Shown here piece after piece: positions 1 to 9,076 of a stretch of 64,000 nucleotides of DNA. Origin of the DNA: Candidatus Lustribacter sp. (lineage in GTDB: Bacteria; Vulcanimicrobiota; Vulcanimicrobiia; Vulcanimicrobiales; Vulcanimicrobiaceae); contig OZ255842.1 of assembly GCA_965277805.1 (NCBI GenBank), forward strand, positions 608,001 to 672,000, written 5' to 3'. Below the pieces are notes generated by a model. The model worked only from the letters and a program-made list of their open reading frames with translations, had not been told where the DNA came from and ran no database searches. Both the position numbers and the translations under genes were made by a program. Position 1 is the first letter of the stretch; every line of letters starts with the position of its first letter.

Positions 1-2
1 CG

Positions 3-98
3 CTGCTTCCGGTGACCGGGCTCGACGGAAAACTGGCCGGCATCATCACCCGCCGAGACGTCTTGGATACGTATCGTAACTCGATCGAACGCAGTTGA
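3..98 (+). CDS. C-terminal end of a CBS-domain protein (partial, runs off the left edge)
   Basis: Frame from nt 3 reads LLPVTGLDGKLAGIITRRDVLDTYRNSIERS*. LPV...GKLxGIITxRD is the typical CBS motif. Confidence 0.75.
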   Translation: MLPVTGLDGKLAGIITRRDVLDTYRNSIERS

Positions 99-100
99 CG

Positions 101-1093
101 TCAATAGCGTTCGTCGACGATGACGCGTTTGGTGATCCAGATCAAGAGCCCGCCGAGGATCCCGACACCGAGTAAAAAGACGAGTGAGTCGAGTACGACG
201 ATTCCGGTCGAAAGGCTTCCCCCGCAAAAGGCGATCACGCCGGCGACGGTGGCAAGTTCGAATCGCCTCAACGGGTTTGACGAGAACCCCGCGACATCGT
301 TCGCCGTTGCCAAAACATCTTCAGGCGCCCAGCCGGACGTAGGGATCAGGTCTGCGATCTTTCCGTCGCTTCCCACGATGACCAGCGTATCACCGTGTAT
401 GATGCGGCCCGGATCGGTTTCCAACGGATCGAGGGCGAATGAATCAAGCACGTTCTTGACCTGCGCCGGCTCGCCCGTGATGAGCGACCAGCGCGACGGA
501 TCTGCACCGAACTGGCTCCCATACGCTGCGAGTACGGCCGGAGAGTCCGAAAGCGGGTCGAGCGTCATCTCCACGAGGTGGAAATGGCGCGGATCGAGCC
601 GGTGCTGCAAGTACGCGAACTTCCCGCTGATCGCCGGGCAGATCGATCGATCCGGGCAGCGGGTGTAGATGAAACTCAACAAGAGCACCTTGCCGCGAAA
701 GTCACGGAAACGCGTGCTGCGGCCGTCTTGTGCAACGAAGCGGTAATCCGGCAACTCATCGCCGCGCGCCAACACGTGCGTGATGAGACGGTTCGGCAAT
801 CCGGGCACGAATTCGGCGGCCGCGTGCACGGCGTCCAGCGTGGCCGCACGCGGATCGAGATATGCATCGAAGGCCTCGCCGAGCTGCAAACGAGCGCTGC
901 TTCGATACCGGCGCGTTTGCGAGGGGTACATCGCCGGGACGCCGTCGATGGCCGCCACGACGGCACCCCCGGCCGGAATCGCGAGGACGCGTCCGTGTAC
1001 GGGGATTGCCCGTTCTTCCGCTGCGCTCGCATTTGAAGCCGCCAGAGCGCTGACGAGCAAGAGGTTGATGGCCAGGGCGAATGCGATTCTCAT
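101..1093 (-). CDS. SCO1/SenC family copper chaperone with extra N-terminal domain and C-terminal TM helix
   Basis: Signal peptide, FIYTRCPDRSICP (Cx5C), DPLSDSP, IIHG copper His, hydrophobic C-terminus. Confidence 0.85.
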   Translation of the reverse strand: MRIAFALAINLLLVSALAASNASAAEERAIPVHGRVLAIPAGGAVVAAIDGVPAMYPSQTRRYRSSARLQLGEAFDAYLDPRAATLDAVHAAAEFVPGLPNRLITHVLARGDELPDYRFVAQDGRSTRFRDFRGKVLLLSFIYTRCPDRSICPAISGKFAYLQHRLDPRHFHLVEMTLDPLSDSPAVLAAYGSQFGADPSRWSLITGEPAQVKNVLDSFALDPLETDPGRIIHGDTLVIVGSDGKIADLIPTSGWAPEDVLATANDVAGFSSNPLRRFELATVAGVIAFCGGSLSTGIVVLDSLVFLLGVGILGGLLIWITKRVIVDERY

Positions 1094-1710
1094 GACGCAG
1101 CTTGCTTCACTTCCGCCGCAAGTTCAGCCGGCGTGTCGCTCCAGTCGCCGTCACCGCGTATTCGGCCGTCCGGCCCGATGAAGACAACCGTCGAGCTGTG
1201 CGCCACGAGGTAGCCGAGCGCGCTGCCGTGCGCCGGGAGCGCTTGATGATAGACGTGATAGGCGGCATAGACGGGGGCGAGCTCTGCCTCCGTTCCGGTC
1301 AACCCGATGAACGACGGATCGAAGAGCCGAACGTATCTGCCGACAACGGCGTCCGTGTCGCGTTGCGGATCGACGGTGATGAAGACGACGTCGAACCGGG
1401 CTCCATTTGGACCGAGTTTGCGCTTCGCGCGCGCCAAAGCGGCAAGCGTCGCAGGACAGACGTCAGGACAATGCGTGTAGCCGAAGAAGAGCGCGACCGT
1501 CCGGCCTCGGAGGTCGGATAAGTGAAACGGCCGGCCGTATTGATCGATCAGCGTGAAGTTCGGCGCGAGGGTCCGCGGCGGTGCAAGCAGCAGCACGATT
1601 CCGGCGGCGATTGCGACGAGCAGAAGAAAACTCCCCGCGGCAATCGCGCGGCGGCGGCGGAAGAAGGGTTTCGCAGGCGCCGGGCGTTCTTCGTTCATGC
1701 GAACATTCAT
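1090..1710 (-). CDS. SCO1/SenC family protein
   Basis: N-terminal TM helix, FFGYTHCPDVCP, TVDPQRD, YLVAHSS. Overlaps the next gene by 4 nt. Confidence 0.93.
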   Translation of the reverse strand: MNVRMNEERPAPAKPFFRRRRAIAAGSFLLLVAIAAGIVLLLAPPRTLAPNFTLIDQYGRPFHLSDLRGRTVALFFGYTHCPDVCPATLAALARAKRKLGPNGARFDVVFITVDPQRDTDAVVGRYVRLFDPSFIGLTGTEAELAPVYAAYHVYHQALPAHGSALGYLVAHSSTVVFIGPDGRIRGDGDWSDTPAELAAEVKQAAS

Positions 1711-1826
1711 AGCTCACCGGGCCGCCGAGTACAAGCGCATCCGTCCGCGCGAAAAACGTTAACAATTGTTTCGTTTTTTCATAAACAATACGTCTCGCTT
1801 AAATATGCAAAACGAGGAGGAGCACG

Positions 1827-2456
1827 GTGCCTGAAGTCGGCACCGATTTGCGCATGGCCCAAGGTGTGAGACTGTTCGAAGACCCGCCGCGCTCGCTCGT
1901 CGGGGCCATCTGTGAGAGCCGTCTCAACTATTGGGCAGCGTACGCGGTGGATCTCAGTTGTCCGGCAATCTTCGCGTATCTTGGAATGCAGCACGCGGAA
2001 CGGTGGCCGGTCATCGTCCTCAGTTCGATGCTCGGCCTGGTGCTCTTCAGCCTGATCGAATACGCGGTCCATCGCTGGCTGCTCCACGATCTGAGAAGCG
2101 CCCTTGCAGATCTGCACGACGCGCATCACGCCAATCCCGAACGGACGTCTGCGTTCCTTTTCCCCACCAGCCTCTCGCTACTGATGCCGGCTTGGTTTCT
2201 GTTGAGGTGGGCGCACGTACCGGAGGCGTCGTATGTTCTGATGGGCCTTTCCGCCGGCTATGTCTCCTTCGACACGCTGCATCACATCGAGCACACGACA
2301 CGCATCAACCGGATTCCGTTCCGGTGGTTGAAACGCACATGGGCTTTCCATCGCGTGCATCACCGTCTCGATCGATGCAACTACGGCGTGATCACCCCGT
2401 TCTGGGATCACGTTTTTGGAACGCACCAGACACGGATCAAGAGGCTCCGACGGTGA
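1827..2456 (+). CDS. Fatty acid hydroxylase / sterol desaturase family membrane protein
   Basis: His boxes EYAVHRWLLH, HDAHH, HHIEH, HRVHH and NYGV..PFWD.VFGT. GAGGAGG RBS before the GTG start. Confidence 0.9.
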   Translation: MPEVGTDLRMAQGVRLFEDPPRSLVGAICESRLNYWAAYAVDLSCPAIFAYLGMQHAERWPVIVLSSMLGLVLFSLIEYAVHRWLLHDLRSALADLHDAHHANPERTSAFLFPTSLSLLMPAWFLLRWAHVPEASYVLMGLSAGYVSFDTLHHIEHTTRINRIPFRWLKRTWAFHRVHHRLDRCNYGVITPFWDHVFGTHQTRIKRLRR

Positions 2457-4968
2457 GCTCATCCGGAAGCGTTTCGATGGTCGCCGCATCGATCAGGCGC
2501 AGCGTGTAATGGGCGACGCGCGGGACGTAGACGCACGCAAGGCCCTTGTCCGTCGGCGGACAGTCCAGCCCCGGCGCGACGTACGCGCCGGTCGCGTCCT
2601 CCACCGCGTCGATGGCCGCGAGTCCCGTGCCGTACATGCGGCACATCGCGCTCGGCGTTGCGGGGCACGCGATCTGCGTCACCTCGGGTGCGCGAGCGAA
2701 GGTGCCCGGTAACGGTACCCAGTTGCTCCCGAGCCCTGTTGCCGCGTCGACGAGCTGCATCTGCAGCGTTCCGAAGGCTCGGTCGCGCAAGAGGTTGGGG
2801 TGGAGATCGATCGTGAGCGTGCCGGGCGTGCGCGCGTGGACGTCTGCATCCGCGACGGCCACGGCGGTCGGATCAGGGCGTGAGGCTTCGCAGGGTGTCG
2901 ACGGGGTCGCGCCGGCTTGCCGCACGCGCACGTTTACTTGGCGCGGAAGGGTGCCGCTCGCGCTCGCCAACGTAACGACGACGGGGCTCGTCGAGAGGTG
3001 AGGACCGGATGACGGATTGCCGAAGCCGGCCGCGGCAAGCCTCGGCCTCGGCGCGACGACCGTCAACGGAAAGACCTCGCCGCCCGTTCCGGCGTTGCTC
3101 GTAAGCTGGGCGGTTACGCGCTGGCCGATCGCGAGCCCGTCGCCCCCAAACGGAGGTCCATCGAAGCAGGCAGACGTGGCGCTCGAATTAGCTTCTTTCA
3201 CGTACGTCGCGCCGTTGGCGACGATGCCGCGGACGGTTTCCAGCCCTGAGCCGGCCAGACTGATGAATGCATCTCCCAGCGAAACGACGGCCGTTTTTGC
3301 ATCGACTTGCGCCGGCGGCGCCTGGATGCTCAGCGCTACCGATGCCTCAAAGGCTCGCCCGGACCGCGGGCCATCCTCGTAAAGGCGGATCTCCGCAGGG
3401 CCCGGCGAGATGCCCGTGAGAGAAGCGCTCAATTCGACCCGTCCCGCGTCGAGTTGCTTGGCGGTCAGCGCGATCGGCGCAGCGCTGCCGATTTGCATTT
3501 CCGCATGCGAGAGGCATGCTGCAGTTGCCGATGATGCGATGACATCCAGCGATTCGCCCGCTACCGGCGGATGGTGCGGAACGGTGGCGAGACTCCAGGG
3601 CCCATCCCCGGGAAACGCGAGCCGCATCGCCGCATTCTCCGGCGGCGAGACCGGGTCGAAGCCGAATCGGCCGCTCAAGGCGACGCTGTAGCCGCCGTCC
3701 GCGCTTGCTGCGAATCGCGACCGCTCGACGAGCGGCGCCGAGAGCGTGCGCGGATCGAGCGCGAGACGGTATGGGGCGTGACCGTCCGGCGAGACGAGCA
3801 GCGAAGCGCCGTTCACGTAGCGTGACGTGTGATCGAAGTGCAGCGGAATGGTGAAGCGGTCCGAACGTTCGCATACTCCGGTGCCCGGCGCATCGTTGAC
3901 GACCAGCGGCGCGTGTTCGGTCGCTTGGGGATCGCCGATCGTGAAAAAGAGCACGTCGGAGTAGGCTGCCGGCGGCCGGACGGTGGGTACCTTTACGCCC
4001 ATGAGCAGTTCGTCGCCTCGGGCTGCCGTTGGATCGGCGAGCGTGACGGTCGTCGGCAGATATTCGTATTCGAGATGCCCCGTCTTCACGAAGAGGTGCC
4101 AGACGGTCAGCAACGATGCGAGATACGGCGCGTATGTCAACGGCAGCGCAGCTCCGGCGACCCCGCCGAGGAACTGCGCTTGCGTCGGCGCGGCAAAGTT
4201 CGTTTGGTAGATGGTGGCATCCACGGCTTGCTGCACGCAGTTACTGACCTCTGCTGCCGGCTCGCCGGCGACGTAGCAGGCGTCGATCGTCGACGCGCTG
4301 ACTCCGAGGCTTTGCGCGACGCTTTCAACGCGGTACTGCTCCGAAATGGGATCCATGGATCCGCTTCCCAGTGAGGAGAGGAAGTCGCTCAGGAAGCTGT
4401 AGCGGTCGACCGCAGCATTGGTGCCTTGGGACATGTCGACGAAATCGGTCGGATGCGCGCCGACGTAATCGCGCACGCCGTCGACGCCCCGGGTTTTGGC
4501 GTCCTCCGGTATGAGAAAGAAAATCGGTATGCCGCGATAATCGCCGGCACCGTAAACGAAGTGAATACGGCCGGAAGCGGGCGCTGTTTTCGCCTTTCTG
4601 CGCGCGTTCGAAAAAAGCCGATCGGCCGGGCTGCTGCGTTCGAACAGCCAGTGTTGCCGCGCCGTTTCGGTAACGAACGCGACGTTCACGTGGTAGTTGA
4701 CGCTGCTCGGCGGCCGCCGGTAGTCCGGAAAGTCGAGGTCGACGATGTCGCCGGGCTTGAGCGCCGGCACGAGAGCCGCGGGCAACGTAACGGTTGTTTT
4801 GCCGACAATCCTCGTCACTGTGGCATCGATGTGCGATCCGGCCGCCGGACCGGCGCTGGCGGTAACGACGAATGGGACGCTCGGATTTCCCCCGGCGGCG
4901 GACGCCGGAAGCCACGGCATGACGAGCAGTGCGATGAAGACGGCCGACCAGCGGAGGCATGCAGACAT
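2437..4968 (-). CDS. Large secreted hypothetical protein (843 aa)
   Basis: Long ORF with signal peptide (PASA/A), beta-rich C-terminal half and several paired Cys. No family recognised. Confidence 0.8.
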   Translation of the reverse strand: MSACLRWSAVFIALLVMPWLPASAAGGNPSVPFVVTASAGPAAGSHIDATVTRIVGKTTVTLPAALVPALKPGDIVDLDFPDYRRPPSSVNYHVNVAFVTETARQHWLFERSSPADRLFSNARRKAKTAPASGRIHFVYGAGDYRGIPIFFLIPEDAKTRGVDGVRDYVGAHPTDFVDMSQGTNAAVDRYSFLSDFLSSLGSGSMDPISEQYRVESVAQSLGVSASTIDACYVAGEPAAEVSNCVQQAVDATIYQTNFAAPTQAQFLGGVAGAALPLTYAPYLASLLTVWHLFVKTGHLEYEYLPTTVTLADPTAARGDELLMGVKVPTVRPPAAYSDVLFFTIGDPQATEHAPLVVNDAPGTGVCERSDRFTIPLHFDHTSRYVNGASLLVSPDGHAPYRLALDPRTLSAPLVERSRFAASADGGYSVALSGRFGFDPVSPPENAAMRLAFPGDGPWSLATVPHHPPVAGESLDVIASSATAACLSHAEMQIGSAAPIALTAKQLDAGRVELSASLTGISPGPAEIRLYEDGPRSGRAFEASVALSIQAPPAQVDAKTAVVSLGDAFISLAGSGLETVRGIVANGATYVKEANSSATSACFDGPPFGGDGLAIGQRVTAQLTSNAGTGGEVFPLTVVAPRPRLAAAGFGNPSSGPHLSTSPVVVTLASASGTLPRQVNVRVRQAGATPSTPCEASRPDPTAVAVADADVHARTPGTLTIDLHPNLLRDRAFGTLQMQLVDAATGLGSNWVPLPGTFARAPEVTQIACPATPSAMCRMYGTGLAAIDAVEDATGAYVAPGLDCPPTDKGLACVYVPRVAHYTLRLIDAATIETLPDELTVGAS

Positions 4969-5014
4969 GGGAGGGTATTTTGATTCGCCAGCAGCGCGCT
5001 CATTGTGGCCGGAT

Positions 5015-5071
5015 CGTTGACATTTGTTATCAAATGCGACGTGAACGGCGATCGAACGTTGACTTTTGTTA
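5015..5071. promoter_or_regulatory. 15-bp direct repeat pair in a divergent AT-rich intergenic region (candidate operator)
   Basis: CGTTGACATTTGTTA (5015-5029) and CGTTGACTTTTGTTA (5057-5071), plus inverted repeat CATTTG-ttat-CAAATG (5021-5036). Confidence 0.5.
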
Positions 5072-5230
5072 CTAGAAAAAAATTTCGTCTGAAAACGCCC
5101 TAGGTCAAGGATTCAAATCTGGGAACTAGCGGGGTAAGGCGCTGTTGCAGGTGGCGAAATGCTTGTCGGCTCGGACAAGATCGAACGTGCTTGCGATGTG
5201 ACCTTGCAAGTAGACGAAGGAGTACTGAAC

Positions 5231-5818
5231 ATGCACGTTTCGCGACACGTCCTGGGACTAACTCGCAAGCTATCTCTCGTGTCAGCCATCATTGCCGCGT
5301 GCGTCGTGCCCGCGGTAGCACAAACGAACCCCGGTACGACGCAAATGTCGCCTGCCGAGCGGGCATTCGTTACCAACATGCTGCAAATATCGCGCGGGCA
5401 AATCGCGCTGGCGACGCTTGCTCAGCAGCGTATGAACGACTCATCCGCGGCGGTTTCTTTCGACGAAACGGCCAGTGAATGGTATGCGTTCCGTTCGCAC
5501 CTTGCAACGCTTGCTGCAGCGGTAGGAGCTCCGTCTCCCGTTGCCCTCAGCGCAGCGCAACAGGCGATGCTCGCGCAGCTGCAAAGCGCGCCGAGATCGA
5601 GAGTCATCGGTCTATGGGTGAAGCTCGAGCGGCAAGGCGATCAGGCCGCGCTTGCGCAGATCCGCGCGCAACACGTCGCGGCTAATTCGCCGGTCGGGCA
5701 ATTCATCGCGTACGCGTCGCCTGAGTTAACGACCTACGACCAGGCGGGGTACGATCACGTTATGACTGCCCAGAGCGTGAGCCCGATGGTGCGGGCCGGA
5801 GCGTATAGCTGGAAGTAG
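5231..5818 (+). CDS. Exported DUF4142-like protein
   Basis: GAAGGAG RBS before ATG 5231, signal peptide, then 'MSPAERAFV...QIALATLAQQR' and 'LSAAQQAMLAQL' pattern. Confidence 0.65.
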   Translation: MHVSRHVLGLTRKLSLVSAIIAACVVPAVAQTNPGTTQMSPAERAFVTNMLQISRGQIALATLAQQRMNDSSAAVSFDETASEWYAFRSHLATLAAAVGAPSPVALSAAQQAMLAQLQSAPRSRVIGLWVKLERQGDQAALAQIRAQHVAANSPVGQFIAYASPELTTYDQAGYDHVMTAQSVSPMVRAGAYSWK

Positions 5819-5849
5819 CTCGCGCGGCCAAGCTGCATACCGGCGTGAA

Positions 5850-5884
5850 GAAGGCCTCAGTCGACTGAGGCCTTCGCTCTTTTA
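5850..5884. terminator. Probable intrinsic terminator between convergent genes
   Basis: Perfect 26-bp palindrome GAAGGCCTCAGTCGACTGAGGCCTTC (5850-5875) followed by GCTCTTTTA. Confidence 0.75.
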
Positions 5885-6835
5885 TGATGCGGGGAACGCA
5901 CTGTATTCCTCGAGCGTGACCGGACGCTGCAGGGCTCCGTACTTCGCCGCAACGGTGAGGATCGGCTCGACGTAGCGCCGCTCGAACGTCGTTGCGAAAT
6001 AGAGCCGCTTCATCTGCGCGATGGCAGCCAGATCCATCTTCGATGCCTTCGCGAGCATCGGCGCCGACTCGGCGGTGTGTGTGTTGGCCCACTTCGCCGT
6101 GGCATAGATGCCGGCAACGAGTTTTTTCGCGAGATCGGGATTCTTTTGCAGCCATGCTTTGGTCGTGAACCACACGACGACCGCGATCTCCGGTCCGACC
6201 GCGAGATAGGTGTCGCCGAAGTCGCGGATCTGTCCGGCCTTCACCGCATCGGACTTGAACGGTTCGGTGATGAAGCTCGCTTGCACGAGCCCGCGCTGCA
6301 GCGCGCCGCCGACCTGTCCGAACGGCAGTTCGACGAATTTCACGCTCTCGCGCGAAACGCCGTTGATGTCGAGCCACGCCAACAGGCTGATGTGGTTGAA
6401 GTCACCGAGCGAACCGACGCCGAACGTGGCGCCGGTCAAATCCTTGGGCCTCTTGAACGGCGAGTCTTTGGCGATGACGAGATTTGCGTTGGCGTCGCGA
6501 CGCGAGTAGAGCACGGCCGGTGCGATCATCTGCAGCGGGAGACCGCGCGCGATCGCCGCGGCGACCGTCATCGGATTTGCTTCACCCACATCCAGGTCAC
6601 CGCCCAGAACCCCGTTGAGAATGGTCGCACCGCTCGGCAGCAGCGTGACGGCCGGCGTGATGCCGTTCGCGGCGAAGATTCCGGAATCGGTGCCGTAGAA
6701 CGCCTCGCCCGTCGCGTCGAGCGCTTGCGCGCCGATCTTTACGACGGGCGGAGCGGTTTGCGCGAGCACGGGTCGCGCGGCAGCCGCAACGGCGGCGCCG
6801 GCAATGAGCGAGAGGGCAGTGGTACGGGTAGGCAT
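5882..6835 (-). CDS. ABC solute-binding protein, SsuA/TauA/NMT1-THI5 type
   Basis: Signal peptide, 'GIFAANGI', 'GGDLDVG', 'KDLTGATFGV', 'VKFVELP'. Start is 6835 or GTG 6850. Confidence 0.88.
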   Translation of the reverse strand: MPTRTTALSLIAGAAVAAAARPVLAQTAPPVVKIGAQALDATGEAFYGTDSGIFAANGITPAVTLLPSGATILNGVLGGDLDVGEANPMTVAAAIARGLPLQMIAPAVLYSRRDANANLVIAKDSPFKRPKDLTGATFGVGSLGDFNHISLLAWLDINGVSRESVKFVELPFGQVGGALQRGLVQASFITEPFKSDAVKAGQIRDFGDTYLAVGPEIAVVVWFTTKAWLQKNPDLAKKLVAGIYATAKWANTHTAESAPMLAKASKMDLAAIAQMKRLYFATTFERRYVEPILTVAAKYGALQRPVTLEEYSAFPAS

Positions 6836-6874
6836 CGCGAATTTTTTCACGCGAAGCTAACAAACTCCGCTACA

Positions 6875-7846
6875 TCAAAGTTTGAGCAGCCGGTCGGCGT
6901 TGCCGTGGGCGATCTTTATTTTGTCGTCGGGGCTCACCGGCAGTGAATCGAGGAACGCCGCGCCGATCGCGTTGCTCGCGAACGGATAGTCGACGGAGAA
7001 GAGGATGCGGTCGGCGCCGAACGTGAGGAGCGCGCCGAGAAACGGCGGCACCGTAAACCAGCCGCTCGTCGTTATCCACACCTGATCGAGGATCGTGCGG
7101 CTGACCGAGCGCGATAGCCCGGTCATCTTCTCGGGCAGCGTGTCGTCGCAGCGCGCGAGCGCGGCCGGTAAGCCTTCGCCCATGTGTCCGATGATGATCT
7201 TCAGCTTGGGATGACGGTCGAACGTACCCGCGAGCACCATGCGGAGCACGTGCACGGCGGTTTCGGCATGCCAGCCCCAGCCGGATGTTGCGAAGAAGTT
7301 CGAAACGGCGGGGCTGAAGCCGTCGTAGTAGGCGGCGCGTACGCTTTCGGGCGGCAGGCCGGGGTGGATGTAGATCGGGACGTCGAGGGTTTCGGCGCGC
7401 GCGAGAATCGGCGCGAACATCGGATCGTCGAGGAACTTCCCGTCGGTCGTGCCGCTAACGAGCGCGCCGCGCAGGCCGCACTCGCGCACGGCACGTTCGA
7501 GTTCGTCGGCCGCCGCCTCGGGTGCCGTCAGCGATAGATGCGCGAACGACGCATAGCGTTCGGGGCGTGCGCGCACGACGCCGGCCAGCGCATCGTTGTA
7601 GCGCTTGGCGAACGCGGGCGCCGCATCGGGCGGCAACAGCGCCGCGCCGAGACCGGGCACCGACAGCACCTGGACGCTGATGCCGCTTTCGTCCATCGAT
7701 GCGATCCGCATGTCGTCGACGTCTTCGAGTTCGGCCTTGACGCGAACCGCGCCGCCGCGATGATCGCGGGAGGCGTACGGACTCGACGCGAGCTCCGCGG
7801 CAAACGCCGGCAGCGAAACATGTTCTTCGAGAGCAACGACGCGCAT
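6875..7846 (-). CDS. Amidohydrolase-2 family decarboxylase (2,3-dihydroxybenzoate/ACMSD-like)
   Basis: VALEEH, IYIHP, GHMGE, LFSVDYPF. Start set by comparison with the paralog at 41039-42007. Confidence 0.9.
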   Translation of the reverse strand: MRVVALEEHVSLPAFAAELASSPYASRDHRGGAVRVKAELEDVDDMRIASMDESGISVQVLSVPGLGAALLPPDAAPAFAKRYNDALAGVVRARPERYASFAHLSLTAPEAAADELERAVRECGLRGALVSGTTDGKFLDDPMFAPILARAETLDVPIYIHPGLPPESVRAAYYDGFSPAVSNFFATSGWGWHAETAVHVLRMVLAGTFDRHPKLKIIIGHMGEGLPAALARCDDTLPEKMTGLSRSVSRTILDQVWITTSGWFTVPPFLGALLTFGADRILFSVDYPFASNAIGAAFLDSLPVSPDDKIKIAHGNADRLLKL

Positions 7847-7858
7847 GCGGACCGGTTC

Positions 7859-7891
7859 AAGCATGAAAAGCCCAACCCTGCGCTAAAATAC
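7859..7891. promoter_or_regulatory. Divergent promoter element, copy 1 (30/33 identical to 42023-42055)
   Basis: AAGCATGAAAAGCCCAACCCTGCGCTAAAATAC. TAAAAT -10-like box lies 8 nt before ATG 7898, which has no RBS. Confidence 0.6.
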
Positions 7892-7897
7892 GCGGGC

Positions 7898-9076
7898 ATG
7901 AATCTCGTCCATCGAATCGCGGCTGCCGTTCTGTGCGCAGCCTGGCTTGCTACGCTCGCACCGCCTGCAACTGCTGCGCCCGAACCCTACGAGATCAACG
8001 CGATCCTGTCGCTGACCGGTAATCTGGCATTCGTGGGTGCGGATCAGCAGCAAGCGCTCAAAGCGCTCGAAGGATTCGTCAACAAAAACGGCGGCATTGC
8101 GGGCCGGCCGCTGTCCTTCGTCATCGCCGACGATCAGTCCGATGTGAAGACATCGCTGCAACTGGCGCAAGGCTTGATTTCGAAAAAAGTGCCGATCATT
8201 CTCGGCCCGTCGAGCCCGCAAGCGTGCGCCGCGATCGCGCCGCTGCTCACCAACGGACCCGTGCTGTACTGCATCGCGAACGCCGGCTATCCGGTGACGG
8301 GCGGTTACGAATTCCTGACGCTCTTCGGATTCGATGTGCAGTTCGCGGTGACGCTGCGGTATTTCCGCATGCTCGGCTTGCACAAGCTGGCGTACATCAC
8401 CGCGACCGACGCGGGTGGTTTGGATGCCGAACGCGCGATTCTCGCCGCCGCGGCGTTGCCCGAGAACAAAGACATTCAGATCGTGGCGCGCGAGCACTTC
8501 GGCCAAGGCGACCTGAGCACGACCGCGCAGATGGCGCGCATCAAAGCGGCCAATCCCGACTTCATGATCGCGTGGGCGACCGGGACGCCGGCCGGCACGA
8601 TGTTCCGCAGCGCAAAGGACATCGGCGGCCTCGATCTGCCGATCACGACCTCACCCGGCAACCTCAACGCGGCGTTCTTCAAACAGTACGGTTCGCTTTT
8701 GCCGAGCAACCTGTACTTCGCGACGGTACCGTACTACGCGAACAACGCATTGCTCAACCCCGCGGTGAAGACCGCGATCGCGAACCAAACCGCGGCCCTT
8801 GCCGCCATCGGCGTCAAGCCGGACGGCCTTGCGATCGGCGCGTGGGACCCGGCCGTGTTGCTCGTCGATGCGTTGCGTAAGCTCGGCCCCGATGCCTCCG
8901 CGGCCAAGCTGCACGACTACCTCATCAACCTGCGCGGCTGGGTTGGAGTGAACGGCACCTACGACTTCCGCGCGAACCCGCAGCGCGGGCTCGGGCAAAA
9001 CAACGTCATCATGGTGAAGTTCACGAGCAGCGGCAACGTGGCCGCCAGCAAGTTCGGCGGCGTGCCGCTACGCTAG
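7898..9076 (+). CDS. ABC solute-binding protein, LivJ/LivK (branched-chain amino acid) type
   Basis: Signal peptide, 'ILSLTGNLAFVG', 'NKNGGIAGRPL', 'DDQSD'. The ORF-track upstream extension is shadow of the neighbouring gene. Confidence 0.9.
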   Translation: MNLVHRIAAAVLCAAWLATLAPPATAAPEPYEINAILSLTGNLAFVGADQQQALKALEGFVNKNGGIAGRPLSFVIADDQSDVKTSLQLAQGLISKKVPIILGPSSPQACAAIAPLLTNGPVLYCIANAGYPVTGGYEFLTLFGFDVQFAVTLRYFRMLGLHKLAYITATDAGGLDAERAILAAAALPENKDIQIVAREHFGQGDLSTTAQMARIKAANPDFMIAWATGTPAGTMFRSAKDIGGLDLPITTSPGNLNAAFFKQYGSLLPSNLYFATVPYYANNALLNPAVKTAIANQTAALAAIGVKPDGLAIGAWDPAVLLVDALRKLGPDASAAKLHDYLINLRGWVGVNGTYDFRANPQRGLGQNNVIMVKFTSSGNVAASKFGGVPLR

